Of a stretch of 64,000 bases of DNA, positions 35,626 through 48,930 are shown in pieces. Numbering within the stretch: the stretch's first letter is position 1; each line of letters starts with the position of its first letter. The notes below the pieces were generated by a model. That model saw nothing but the letters and a program-made list of their open reading frames with translations. It was not told the origin of the DNA and ran no database searches. The DNA comes from Octopus bimaculoides (lineage: Eukaryota), in assembly GCF_001194135.2 (NCBI RefSeq), contig NC_068981.1, positions 36,065,401 to 36,129,400 of the forward strand, read 5' to 3'. The translations under genes and the position numbers were made by a program.

Positions 35626-38600
35626 TACTATTCTATTTCCTATGCTCTATGTTATATACCGGAGGCCGGTATGCATGGTGACTACTGGTCTTCCATAAAC
35701 AACCTTGCCTGGATTTATGCCTTAGAGGGTAACTTTCTGGGTGCAATCCCATGGTCATTCATGACTGGTCTTTATTTATATAAATATCTTTTTGTTTTTA
35801 ATGCTTTTACCTGTTTTAGTCGTTTGAGTGTGTCTAAACTAGGATCCTCCTTGAAATATTTAGTCACTCAAATGGACCCTGATATTTATTGTTTTATAAT
35901 CTAGTACTTTTGTTGTTCCCCACTATTTTATGAAATATGTAAACAAACACTGGTTGTCATGTTGTGAGAGACATAAATACAAATATGCACACACATTCAC
36001 ACACACACACAAACACACAAACACATGCACAAAATCACATATAATTTTATGTAGTCTGTTACCTCTTTATATTTCAATATTTCTAAAGCATTAAATGGTG
36101 AAAATAAAGGTATGTTAAACTAGAATTTTCTTAATTTTTCCTTTTATCTCTAATCAACTAAACCATAATTTTATTTTATTCTATAAATAATGTTTAATTC
36201 TCTATATTCCAAAGCAGCGAAAAGCGAAAACACTCTGCATACTGTCTACAGTCTTCTATACTTGCCTAGAAAATAAAAATAAATTTAGTTATAGATTTGG
36301 TTTTTATTCACGACATATTTATTTCTAGTTTTATCATTTTTTTTGTATTCCATACATTAAAAATGTTCAAACTAACTTATTTATTATTTTTCATGTAAAT
36401 GATTGTTTTTAAATTATTTATTTTGTAAACAATTATATTCATATGCTTAAAAGATATTTAAAGTGTATATCATCTTTCTAGGGAACATTTTAAACATACA
36501 TGGAAAAGTGAATGGTAAAATGATGACGACGATGACGATGATGATGAAGATGATGATGATGGAATATACATTGGCATGACAGAAATATTCTTTATACAAA
36601 ATTTTTAACTTTTGTTAGAAACATGGATATGCAAATAAACTTACCAACTAAGATGAGCAAAATGTTGAGGTTAAGCAAAACTTGATGACAGCTTATTAAA
36701 AACCAAGAATTATCTGTCTATCTGTCTCTCTAAAGACGCATACATATAAGCTCAGTAAGTAATATATCCATTTGAATTACCCCTGCTATTGGCACAGCTT
36801 GAATGTTACATCTTCCCTATCACATAACAGATAAGAATTTCCTGGATAAGGCAAATAAATGCACTCAAGTGTTCTGTCTTTAATACACTATTACTCTTTG
36901 AAATTAAAAGCATATATCTGTCAATTTTCAAAACTATCTGTCTTTGTAGATCTCCACTAATTGTTTACACAAGCAAACACTCATATGTGCCTGCATGTAC
37001 ACAAACACACAACATATATGTCTTCATGCACATACACACACACACTGAGCATCCTTTATGTTCATCATTTTAGGATAACCTTTAAAGAAGCATGCACGTA
37101 GGTTTTAGTACTGAAACATATTTACAAACTATATATTTGGCACAGTTGCTTATGATTACAGACAAAATTAGAAGTTTCATGTCTTATGATCTTAGCACAA
37201 GTTTAGATAGCTTTTGTCATCTTCATTTACTAAAGATTTTATTTTTATTTTATTTCTTTTTTTGTGAAAATGTCAAATTAAACAGAAGCTAGAAGATAGT
37301 TTAGTGCTGCCAGGCTTTTCAAATTATGCTGTATAATTGCAATGAATTGTCTTCTATGAGAAAAAAAGTAAAAAATAACCAAAAAACAAATGAAATCGGA
37401 ATGAAAATAATCTTCATCTACTGTCAGATTTAATTCTACTTCTCTGATCAAACGATGTGAAGTTAAGGAGGAAAAAATAGAAAAATGTTTCTGTTCAAAG
37501 AAAATTGCCTCAAAGAGAGACAAATGACTGCATTGGTATGAATGAAAGATGAGACTGGATGACGCATTCTGAATGAAAAAAGAAAACAAAACCTATATGA
37601 GTTGGAAGTAGATAGTAGCCAGGGTCAAATGCCAGGTAAAAAGATAATAAATAAATGAAACAAAAAAAAAAAAAAATAAAAAGAGATTGATCTCATCAAA
37701 AGACATTAGTCCTTGTAGATAAAATGCTGAAACATAGATAGCAATATGCAGTTGTCAGCCTTACCAGCTAGCAGCTATATGAAAACAGAGGTATTAAACC
37801 TAAAATAATGACTGTGATGATGATGATGATGATATCATAAATGGTATGAAGTAAATGGTTACATATTCTGATGATGGAACTTGAAAGCAAGATCACAGTG
37901 TATATTATATTTATTCAAGTAATGAACTAACCGATTTTCATGTGGTCTTATTAATATTTGCTTTGCTACTTGTAGCAATATACAGGTTTATTGACATAGC
38001 TCAAAACCTATAAAATTTGCTCTGGTTGGCTAATATGGGTTTCGAGGAAGAAGAATTCAAAAGGGTGCAACAACTGAATGGTAAAGTGAAAGAATTTATT
38101 GACCCAATGGTCTGACTCAAATGCAATCACAATACTTGCATCATGTCCTTAGGAAAATCATATAACACTACTTATCTCAGACTGTTTAGTTAAAATTATG
38201 CATCACTCCCATTTCATTATAGACTCTATAGATTGACTCTGTAAGTGAAGTCATGCATCTGATATCAAAAACAGAGCAAAAATGAAATTACCAAAACATT
38301 TATGAAAATGTGATGGTGGCAGCAATAGGTGGTATTGGTATGGGTTCATTGAGAGCAGATATAAATGAACTGTAATTGATTTTGTAATGCTTTGTGTAAT
38401 TACAAAATAATTTTGATGTTAAGTAAGTGTGTAATTCAGTAATTAGTTTTTATGAAGAAGTGCTAAGTAAATTTTCATTAATTTACTTTATTAGTCTAAA
38501 ATATATATTGACCTAAATGTGTAGTTTTGTTTGATGATTACGGGCTAATGTCATGCAAAAGTAAAGGTTCAGTTTTTAAATACAACTATCATAAACAAGC

Positions 38601-38863
38601 TCAATGACTAATGCTGTTAGTTAATATAAGTTGTAGGGTTTCATAATCAATACTTAATGATAATAAACTTTTTTTTTTTGCTATCAGGAAATGCCTCTGA
38701 ACAAAGTATTTTGCTGTTATTTCATTTGTCAATGCCTGATACAAATCTAAACTTTATTTTGTTTGTTTGTTTCTCTTTAACTTAAAACAAAATGATATAA
38801 AGTAATTGTAATAATTTAAACAAAATTGTTTGTTATTTTGCTTTTGTTGTACTCGATAGTCAG

Positions 38864-38899
38864 GGTTCTGACAATCCCTATAAAAATATTGAAGCTAAG
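38864..38899 (+). CDS. Candidate 36-nt phase-0 microexon (GSDNPYKNIEAK); host gene unknown
   Basis: U-rich tract ttgtttgttattttgcttttgttgt, then CAG acceptor, 12 open codons and a consensus AAG|GTAAGT donor, in apparently non-repeat AT-rich sequence. No homology support. Confidence 0.3.
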
Positions 38900-39703
38900 G
38901 TAAGTAACTTAGCTAAGGTTGACCTTTGAAATGAAATAGTAAATTCACTAATTACTTTTTTTAGTCTATTGCCTTTCTTTTATTGAGAAATTATTTTAGT
39001 TTACTTTTCATGATATCCGTAAAGAATACCATACAATTTCATTGCAGTTACTCTGTTACACTTTTGGTAAGGTAGCAAATAGTAATTTTGTGGGGAAAAT
39101 TTTAGAGAAAAAGAAATCAAAAGCAAAAATTGCAAGTCAAATTCATTACACTGTATTTTTTCTTACCTTAGCTTGACAAAAGACAAATGGAAGAGAAACA
39201 GGGTAGAAGGAGATTCACATGAATTTTTATTTGATGAAATGAGGTCTATGATTCATAAAATGTTTCGAATATATGCTTTCATCTTTACACAACATAGGAA
39301 GTCAATTTTTTTTATTTATTTCTATTCTTTTTATGAGCTTTATGAAATAATATACTAAATATTATTCTACACTAAATATTATTCTACTGGAAACAGTTAT
39401 TTTTTTTCCATTGAAAATTTATAGGACAATTTTTTCATAGATTTCTTCCATCTTTTTATAACAGCATTTCACTTAGAAATTGTGTTTACTTTATTTTTAG
39501 TTTGTAGTTCTTCATCCACTAATCTAACAATAAAAAATAAAATCCTTCTGAACCATAGACACTAAGAATATTTAAGGAAACAAATGTTTAAAGTATCAAA
39601 GTAAGACTTGAGTCCTGATAATTAGCCATAGATATATTCAGTAGTAAGAGTCACAGCTGGTTTACCTACTAAAAAGTTAGTGGCTGATACTCCATTGCTG
39701 TTG

Positions 39704-39770
39704 TTGTGCTGCATCTGTTTACAGCACTTAATTTTTAATGGAGTTAGTGCTGTAAATAAATGCTGTAGGG
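39704..39770 (+). ncRNA. Pre-miRNA-like hairpin candidate
   Basis: GCATCTGTTTACAGCACTTAA / GAGTTAGTGCTGTAAATAAATGC: ~21-bp stem with an 11-bp perfect core and a short loop; G-U pairs favour the + strand. Confidence 0.35.
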
Positions 39771-40329
39771 AAGGTATAGTTATGGGGCACAAATAACTGA
39801 CAAGTGATTTATCAGCTTACCAACTTGACCCTAAATCTGTTCATATTTAACTCATGTGGCTTTGCCAAAAGAGGGAAAACAACAGCCATAATATCTGAGA
39901 CTAGTGGAAGGAACAAACAGATTGTTGCAGATGATAATAGTGTATCGATGCATCATATTTTTCTCAGCTTAGAGATTTGATTCAAATGCTTGCAGGAGAG
40001 AAGACTCTGTTAAAGGCACCTTAAAACTTGGTGGTAGTATTAGACCAGTATCATGATGATTTTGCCTTCAGTTCTACCCTAATCCTCTAAAGTGCTTTAG
40101 AGTATACTTGATGCCACAGAAAAGAGGCATAAAATTAGCTGGTTAATTTTTTTGTTGTAGCAATCTAAATTTTATCAATATTTTAAGCACATATAATTAA
40201 AATAAAATTTTAAATTACAGAGATGGACTTGCATGGAAAATGTTTTGATTTGAGACTGTGTTGAAACAAAATGATTACAACATGGAAGACACACATTAGC
40301 TATTCAAAAATACACAAAGACTGTTAACT

Positions 40330-40690
40330 TAAAACAGTTATTGTTTGTAATATGGTGTCAAAATTTTTGTGAGGGACTACAAGGGAAAGATATGTTTTGT
40401 TGTGGAAATCAGCTGCCCTCTGGACACCAATGTGGTTAGGAAAATACAAGAGAAAGAGGACTTCTATGGACCATTAATGAGGAGTTTGCAAATCTAGAAT
40501 TCAAGATACACTCTCAGCGTCATACCTATTGTTATTGAAGTAACAGGATACACATCAAACTGTCTGGAACAAATATTGTTGAACTTGGGTTCTTGGGGAG
40601 AGAACACAAATCCTTAATTCATACATTACAGATGATCATGATATCTGTGGCTACAAAAATCTGCAAGACCTTCTAAAGATTTAAAAGATG
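40330..40690 (+). pseudogene. R4/Dong-like non-LTR retrotransposon REL-domain remnant
   Basis: ICFVVEISCPLDTNVVRKIQEKEDFYGPLMRSLQ..YTLSVIPIVI...KICKTF aligns with ORF 59955-60374. Confidence 0.75.
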
Positions 40691-41423
40691 ATGAACAAAA
40701 TGAAATGCTTTTCTTCATGACCTTGCTACCTAGTAGGTGGCCAGTCAAAATTCATTCTAAATTAAAAAGAGAAGAATAAATATACACACATGCATGTATG
40801 CATGTTTGTATGTGAGAGGGGGATATTAGAACAATGAATTTATTAATACCAGTTTTATGCATATTTTTGGAAGGGTAACTGTAAAATTCAAGGAACATAA
40901 CTTTTTTCAAATCAGATGATCTTTGAAAAGCTCCTTAACCTTTCTCCTACAATTTATCGAGAATATTTTTAAAAAGAAAAGCTTGTTTTTAACAGAAACA
41001 ACATATTTTGCCCTTCTTGATCATCTCTTATTAATAACTCTTCTCTTTTTTTCGGTTCTTTAGTTAGTTTAAACCAGCTTAACAAAAGGATAAATCTTTA
41101 GGATTTCACAAAAATTTCATCTTAGCATGGAATGTTATATAAATGATATAAATAAATATGTATTTATATCCAAAATGCATCTTATACTGTGTATAAGAAA
41201 TAAACAAATATTGTTCGGTTAGATTATCCATATTCAAAAGATTACTGAGTTCTTAAAATATTAACTGTTGAATCAAAAATATTTGGGAGTTTGTTAGTTA
41301 TTTTTAGCTCTTGTTATTGCCAGACTATACATATATTCACAGACACACACACACACACACACACACATATTCTTTTATTCTTTTACACATTTCAGCCCTA
41401 AGGCTGTGGCCTTGTTGGTGCAC

Positions 41424-41488
<65 letters not shown>

Positions 41489-41566
41489 TTATAGATGGAT
41501 AGATAAGATAGATAAGCATACATACAAACACAAATACATATGCACAGACATTTATAGGTACTACTG

Positions 41567-41606
<40 letters not shown>

Positions 41607-41869
41607 CAGTAGTTCATATATTGAAAAACGAAACACACTCTAGAACATTACAGAAGAGATATAATTATTTAAAGTTGGTTGTTATGGTTGGTCAGAGAGT
41701 GGCACATAACAGAGAGATGCCATGTGCCTTCAGCCATTTAAGTCCGACAAGTCACCTACACAGCTAAGTGCTTTATAGGTATGAAACCAATGATCACTCT
41801 CTGACCAGCCATAACTATCATAACACTTTAAATAATTGTATACATACATACATACTTACAAATCTTTTC

Positions 41870-42198
41870 TCTCTTGCCTATTTCTTTTCTAGCCAGAGGC
41901 TGGGGTACCATCTTGAAGGGTTTTTATTCACTCAAATTAACCTGACTACTTTTAAAGCTTGTACTTATTCTATTACTGTCATTTTTTTACACCAAGTTGC
42001 TGAGTTACGGCCATATAAATGAATTTACACCACTTCTTAAGTGGTGATAAGCAAACACATTTGTGCATTCCGCACATATGATGAGCTTCTGCACACCAAC
42101 AGTGCATTGGTCAGCTTGGGGTTGCAGTGAAATTGCTTTAAAGTGGGACTGGGCCCCAAACCACATGGTTGTGAAGCAAACTTCTTAATCACACAGCC
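41870..42198 (-). mobile_element. Family B SINE, old near-full-length copy
   Basis: Reverse complement begins ggctgtgtgattaagaagtttgcttcacaaccatgtggtttggggcccagtcccact and includes gaataagtacaagct, then a purine-rich tail. Confidence 0.7.
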
Positions 42199-42200
42199 AA

Positions 42201-43640
42201 ACTTAGCAAAGACAATGGTTCACATAAGTAGGAAAGAAGTCAGGACTCTTAGTACCTTCAGGGAAATGGCCTTGCTCGATATGTAGAAAAAGGGTACATA
42301 TAAACTCTATATGCTCTACTCAATGTGACCTATAGATAAGAACACAATGAATGTAGTGGAGTGACTGGTAGACTGACTGAAAATGTAAGCTTCATATGCA
42401 ATACATGCATTGGAACAGTGTGTTTATGTGCACCAGAGATTAAGTCTCTTAAATGCCCAGATGACTCACAAAACTTTGTTCATAGCCATCATTACCTAGG
42501 AAATGTAATTAGCAAGAGATTAGGTTGCTCTGAAAATATAGTAGCTAGAATGAGAATTGGTTGGAGAAAGTTCTGGGAGCTACTACCACTGCTAATAGAA
42601 ATGATATTTCCTCTAAGGGTGATTGTATGAAGCTTGGGTTAGAACTGCAATGTTGCTTGGTAGTGAAGCATGGGCCTAGAATGCAGATGATTAGAGAAAA
42701 CTGAAAAGAAATAAAACAAACATGCTCCATAGGATGTACAATGTGAGTGTGCATGAAAGAATTATTACAAAGGTGCTGAGTGAAAAACTGGGTGTAAGAG
42801 TAATCAGATGCTGGATAAAAGAAAGAAGACTGCATTGTTATGGACATATGATGCATATATATGAGGACATCTGTATAAAGAAGTGCTTGCTGTGGCTTGA
42901 AGTTGTGAGAGAGGGTGACCCAGGAAGACATGGAGTGGAGTGGTTAAGGCTGACTTGAAGACACTGGCCCTGATGGAGATGACAATGTATTACATACATT
43001 AGGCCTGCTTCTCTCCCACTATATTCTTGCAGACTACCCAACCATGTCACTTGTCTTTTTTTCCCTCCCTTGACAGCTGTATCATCTTTATTACTCCTGT
43101 CACTTGTCTCTACTCCATCACTATCTTCTGCATCCCTCTATCTTCCCAAACTCATGGTGTTTGCTCATCTCTCAACTCTACCTATTTTGGCAGTCTATTT
43201 CTCCATATCCTTATTCTCCTTCCCATACAACCTTGCAAACTGCTCACTCACCATTTCTACTCACCTTGTGCATTGTGGGATCACTTGGGCACCTCATCAC
43301 CATTACCTATGACTTGTAGTTTCTATAGTTCATTTTCTTTTTATCTCTCTCCCCTTCCCCTTCTAAATGTAAGTAGCTATCCAGATCCTCTACAAGAATC
43401 TGCTCTTCCTCCCAACAGAGCTCATACTCCTGTGAGCTACATGGTAACTTCAATATTGCAGGTAGTATGACAAAAGCACAAGGTCCACACTGTAAAGTGG
43501 TTTTAGGAAAAGCATCCAAATGTAACCATGTCAAAACAGACATTGAAGTACAATGCAGTCCTTGAACACACTGGATCCTGTCAAACTGTCCAATCCATGC
43601 TAGCATTAAACAGAATATTAAATTCTGATGATGATGACAA
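42201..43640 (+). mobile_element. Old 5'-truncated RTE LINE (PHD-like finger, RT C-terminus, 3' UTR, (GAT)n tail)
   Basis: GKWPCSIC..CSGVTGRLTENVSFICNTC, YLGNVIS..GCSENIVARMRIGWRKFWELLPLL, ERRLHCYGHMM, GDPGRH; C-rich UTR; ends gtccaatccatgctagcat...gatgatgatg. Confidence 0.88.
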
Positions 43641-43688
43641 TGATATATGTATATACATACATATATAGATTAATATGTATAAGCATAC

Positions 43689-43739
<51 letters not shown>

Positions 43740-46169
43740 CAAACAAATGTAGAGCTATACATGTCATCATCACTTTAATTCCCATTTTTCCATACTTGGA
43801 TGGACCAGGCAAAACTTGTTGTGGTAGGTTTTCTATGGTTGGATGCTTTTCATGTCACCAACCCTCAGTACTTTCTTAGCACTGTAACATTCTTTTCTAG
43901 TCCTTAAAAAATGAACAGATCAATAGCCAAACATTTTCATGGAAGATTTTAATGAAATTCCAACGTTTGTATGAGCAGTGAATTTGCATGAGCAGTGCAC
44001 GTGAGTGGCACATACATACAGTGCATACATGAATGGCACATACATATAGATACAGTCTGGAGATATTTATGTATATTTTTATCATTTACCTTAAATGCTG
44101 TTTTTATATAATTCTATAACTTTTTGTTTAGAGTAACAATAATATACCAATCTATCTAGCTACTAAGCTAGCTATCTGTATTAGATATATGCACATATAT
44201 ACATATATATGTGTGTATGTATGTTAATATATATATATATATATATATATATAAACATACATACACACATATATAAACACACACACACATTTATACATAC
44301 ACACATGCACAAACTTAAATGTATTCATACATACACAAATATATTTATGACTAACTTATCATATGACATACTGTCCTAATTTACTAATCCTTCTGTAACT
44401 TTCAATTTGAAATTCAATTTTTCAGGAAAGTAAAAATAAATTTTTGCAAATTTATTTAATCAAATAAACATATTGGAAATTGTGAAATTAGTTTTATTCA
44501 GAAAAATATTATGTAGAGGAATCTGTATAAATTATCAAATATATATATATAAAAATTATATTAGTAATTTGTTTTATCTTTTCAAATAATTATGGAAGCA
44601 TATTTATATTTTCCTTTTGCTGAAGAAAAGTAATAATTCCTTTTTTTTTTTAAGTATTTGTTTCTGTCAAATGTTCTAAATATAAAACTAAGAAACAAAT
44701 TAACTGTGTTAATCCAATTTAAGTGAAAACCAGTCAAACTACGTTTGCCATTTCGAGAGAAATTTCATCTTACTTCAATTAGTTAATTCTAACTTATCAG
44801 CCCATTGTAACAATTGTAATAAGGTATGACAGAAATTGGTCTTAAAAATGTTTTTCAAGGGAGGTATTAAATTCTAATTAATGCGGAAGTATTAAAAAGC
44901 ATGTCACTTAGATGAAATTGCAATGAAAAAAGAGCGAACTGATCAATATTAAAAGCAAAACATTAAACTAATACTAATAATAATACAAGCTCTCAGAGTT
45001 AATTTACTCTTTTCACAGTTGTCCTGAAGAAAATGTGATAGCATACATTTCCCTGTGAGACTAATATTTAGCCAAACCTATGAGAGGCCAGGCAAGATTG
45101 AAGGATAATGCTTCGTATGTTACTAGTAATACATATATATCTATGAAAAAAAGAAAGTTAAGGAGGATTACAGTGAGATTAGTGTTTTACAAGCTTGCAG
45201 TGGTAATCTTAAATCTGTCCATGGATCTGAAGCAAAACAAAAAACAATGCTTTGTATGGGGTTTACAGAAAGAAATACAAGTAGAGCGTATCAAAATTCA
45301 GAGAAGTAGATGTAATTGATAGCTTCATGATAAAGTATAAGATAGTTAAAGATCTTTGTAAAATGCATTATTTTTCTTTTACTTCTATAAACAATATTTT
45401 GCTCCTGCTATTTTTCATTGCTATCTTGTTAAATGTAAGGAAATGATCCACAATTCATTGTAATTTTGAACTATCGTGGAAACTTTGACATGTTTTATGT
45501 AAGGTTGTTAATTTTGTAACATAGGTCTATTTGAACTTTACTTTTCAGCTCTTTTTTAGGTTAGCAACTGATCAGAAAGGAAGGAATATGAAATCATATC
45601 CCTTCCTTCTTGATCTAAGAGAATGTCCACCAGACTAAGGGGGATGTGATTTTCATCAAGCTGAACAACAGAAAAAATATTAATATAAAAACAAAACCTT
45701 TCTGCACGTCATTGTAACAGTATGCAATAGTATCATGAATAGCAACAATAACTAAAATGAAGGCAACTGAATGAAGGATAATTATTAGATAATAAAAGGA
45801 AGTCATCTCCTCAAAAATGAATAAGGATTCTAAAAATTTTCTTGAAAGTTAAATGTAAAATCATAAAATAAATTTTAGAAAGTGAAAAATAGTTAAAAAA
45901 AAAAAGGAAAATTCTACAAGTTTTACATGAAATTTCTGTTAGTTTAAAATGAAAATCATTTCATGGTGATGGATGGGCTTTTATTTTTGTTATTGAAACG
46001 TTAAGGAGACAATCTGAATGCAATGTGCTGCCCAATTCTGCTGCCTCCACTGCTGGGTGTTCAAAATTCTTCAAATCAGTTTGCCTTTCAGCCCTGTTGG
46101 TGTTAATGAAATAATTATTCATAATATTCACTAAAAAAAATAAATTCATTTTTTGTTGAATAATTTATC

Positions 46170-46930
46170 TCACCTAAGTACTGAGGATAGTGCAGTAAAA
46201 GCATTGCCATAAAGAATAACCAGTGTTAACAACTGCATCATCTACTCAACATCACAGGCCCAACGCCTTCATCCTAATTCCTCTGGCACAACACTTTCAT
46301 TTCAATTTGATAGAGGAGAGTGGTAGTTAGTGGTTCAAGGATACTGAAGGTCTCAATGGTGATTGGCATGTAAACTACTCTGTCTGTCAATGACTCAAAC
46401 CTAAACGACTTCTACTCTTGTATGTTGCAGGTGAAGAGCTCCTGGGTGACAAGAGGATGTACCAGAAGTTATATTACAATGTGAGGTGTTTCAACTGACT
46501 GACTTCCCTTTCATAAATAGGAAAAAAAGTTATCACATTTGCCTTTGCTATGGTTAGTGCCAACAAGCTTCAGATGTGACAAAAACCAAAATTGTTGAGG
46601 CCTCTTTAAATAACTTCATTCACTGTAGCATAGCAAAAGAAACATCCTGCACAGTGACAACAAAAGAATAGGTGCAATCTAAAGCCATTTCCAGTAGCTT
46701 TATAATGGTGTTTATATTGATCACACATGTGGAAACTAAAATGTCAGGTAACGACAATGTGTGCATACAGGTTTATGATCAAGGAAGAAGTTATACATGA
46801 TGAGCAAGACGTCACTGCTTAGATGTGAAACAGTCTAGAGACAAGTAAGATTTGCCTGATAAAGAGGTGACTGGATTCCATGCTGGCGGAACAAAATTTC
46901 ACAGTATTTCAGTTGGGACCAATGCTATGC
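46170..46930 (-). pseudogene. CRE-like (REL-type) non-LTR retrotransposon C-terminal remnant
   Basis: Manual translation: IVVT*HFSFHMCDQYKHHYKATGNGFRLHLFFCCHCAGCFFCYATVNEVI*RGL ... FESLTDRVVYMPITIETFSILEP ... QLLTLVILYGNAFTAL. This parallels the CRE-clade pattern IAVxLRLG..C..CG..D..GLH.LSC..AGR..RH..LN.II.R.L ... F.P.A.ET.G ... QRLS.A.QRGNA. Confidence 0.6.
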
Positions 46931-47089
46931 TTTAAGCAAACTAGGCAATTGGCCATAGTGCTAAAATCTGAACAAAATTTCCTAATCCAATTAAAAATAT
47001 GAAATCTTAATAATAAAGTGAGTTAGTGAGGTCAGTCCTGGAAAGTAGGAGGGTCAGGAATAAGGATGGAGGACAGACAAGGAAATAAG

Positions 47090-47530
47090 TGGGTCATGTG
47101 GTGTTATGACCTCTCACATGATTTGACATGAAACTTTTTGAATTTGCCAAATAGCAATAAAATTACAGATTTCTTCTCCATGAGTTAACTTAAACTTTTC
47201 AACTGCATTTTTCAACTGGTGTAAAAAGGATAATGACTGAAAAAACCCCCAGATATTGTAGCTTGGAGAGGAGGGAGGAAAATTATAGGGCTGGAAGAAG
47301 AGAGGAAGCACATTCTTGGGCTGATATAGTGTGCTGAATACCCTAATGCTAGCCCTGGTTCCACTCATATTGAGTGGCTGCATTCTGAAGAACATTAAAG
47401 TCATCATAAACCCAGACAACTCATATCATCTTGAACTTTGGATCCATAGATGGGAACAATTCTAAGTTGGATGTAGAGTGGAGGTCAAGGCAATCAAACT
47501 TCACTGGAAATTTTGCTTACTTGCAGCGTG
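47090..47530 (-). pseudogene. Tc1/mariner-superfamily transposase C-terminal remnant
   Basis: ORF 47114-47419: FFRMQPLNMSG...NFPPSSPSYNIWG...LHQLKNAVEK, resembling FQQDGAPxH...WPPSSPDLNPxDYxIWG...LxxLKxAI. Confidence 0.6.
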
Positions 47531-48850
47531 TATCATAAAAAGAGATGTTATAGTTAAATTCTTCACATGAACAAATTGTTGCATTGAGTTTGCTGAAATG
47601 TCCTGATCAGAGATAGTATGGTGCACCATGCAGCAACAAGAGGAATTACGGAAGATCTAAATAGTTCTTCAACAGAAAGGCAGCTCAATGAGAATCAATC
47701 AGTGTTTCATAATTGAGCAATATTTGTCATAGGGTCATTAAGTGTTATTTAGCATTAAACGTTATTATTACACAGTAAATTGGCAGATTCATTAGAGTAT
47801 CAGCTAATATATCTTGTGGTATTTGTTCTGGTTCTCTGCACTCCAATTCATAAGAGGTCAAGTATGCCTTTCAGCCTGTTGGGATCAACAAATAAAATAT
47901 CCATCCAATATTGGAGTTAAATCTTCTTTCTCTCTCTTGTCTCTTTGGATTGTGCCTATCATTCAAAGGTGCAGCCTAGTCATATTGCATCATGCTGATT
48001 TAGCCTGAGAGTTGCATTACTAATACGTCTGTGAAAAACTCAGCCACTTACATGTAGATTTCAGGAGTAGAAATTTTGATGATCCAATGCTGAATGACCA
48101 ATGTCATTCAAAGAAATCTGCCAACTAATGTTATTTATGTTTTTAATCATGGGATTTCAGTTTTATCTCCACTGGCCACTAAGTATAACTAGTACCAATA
48201 AAATATTGAATGCATAAAGTAAATTTCTTTGTGTTAGCTTGCATCTTCTTCATGTATGATAAATGCTTATACACATCTATTGGTCTTCATTGTTATTTGA
48301 TTATAATATTTCATTCAATCCAAATATCTGTCATTCAACCATTCATATATACATACATTCTAGAAGTTTAACCTGTTGTGTGCACATATACACATGTATT
48401 GGCATTCAAAAATATGCATATGTACACATATATCAGTCAAACATACAGATTCATACATGTACAGTAATATACATGCACACACATGCATACGTGTAGAGAT
48501 ACATTCTTATATGAGACTATTTAGAAATGTGCTGTCTAAATTCCAATGAAAGAACCTTGTTTGTAGGTTGGAGACCAGTTATTTGTTAATTAGTGAGAAA
48601 TTTAAAAATAAATAAATATATAATAAATAAAACCTAAATAACTTATATGCATGCGTGAATGCATACATTCATATATACATATGTATTTACATTCAAGTTC
48701 TTTCTCTATGGATCAAGAATTAAAACATGAAGCTTGAAGAATATGCATACATAAATGTATATATACATAATGCATATATACGTGCATATACAGACATATG
48801 CATTCACATACACAGGAAATCACTAATTTTGAAGATTCTTCACTTATAAT

Positions 48851-48930
48851 TTCCAGTGATTATACTGGAATAGTGAATACACTTCACTATTCCAGTGATT
48901 TTACTGGAATAGTGAATACACTTCACTATT
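48851..48930. repeat. 39-bp tandem duplication built from alternating inverted 14-mers
   Basis: ttccagtgattatactggaatagtgaatacacttcacta occurs twice (1 mismatch); ACTGGAATAGTGAA alternates with its reverse complement TTCACTATTCCAGT. Confidence 0.9.

Noticed and set aside
37278-37589. 103-aa minus-strand ORF with a good acceptor near 37570
   Set aside because: It is Phe/Ile-rich as expected from AT bias, with no matching donor and no recognisable domain.
39167-39171. 5-nt minus-strand microexon (pyrimidine tract, AAG|CTAAG|GTAAGA)
   Set aside because: The AAG acceptor is weak, the length is not frame-preserving, and there is no independent support.
45961-46149. Minus-strand ORF and a faint pogo-like reading on the plus strand
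   Set aside because: No convincing motif; it lies just beyond the CRE-like stop codon.
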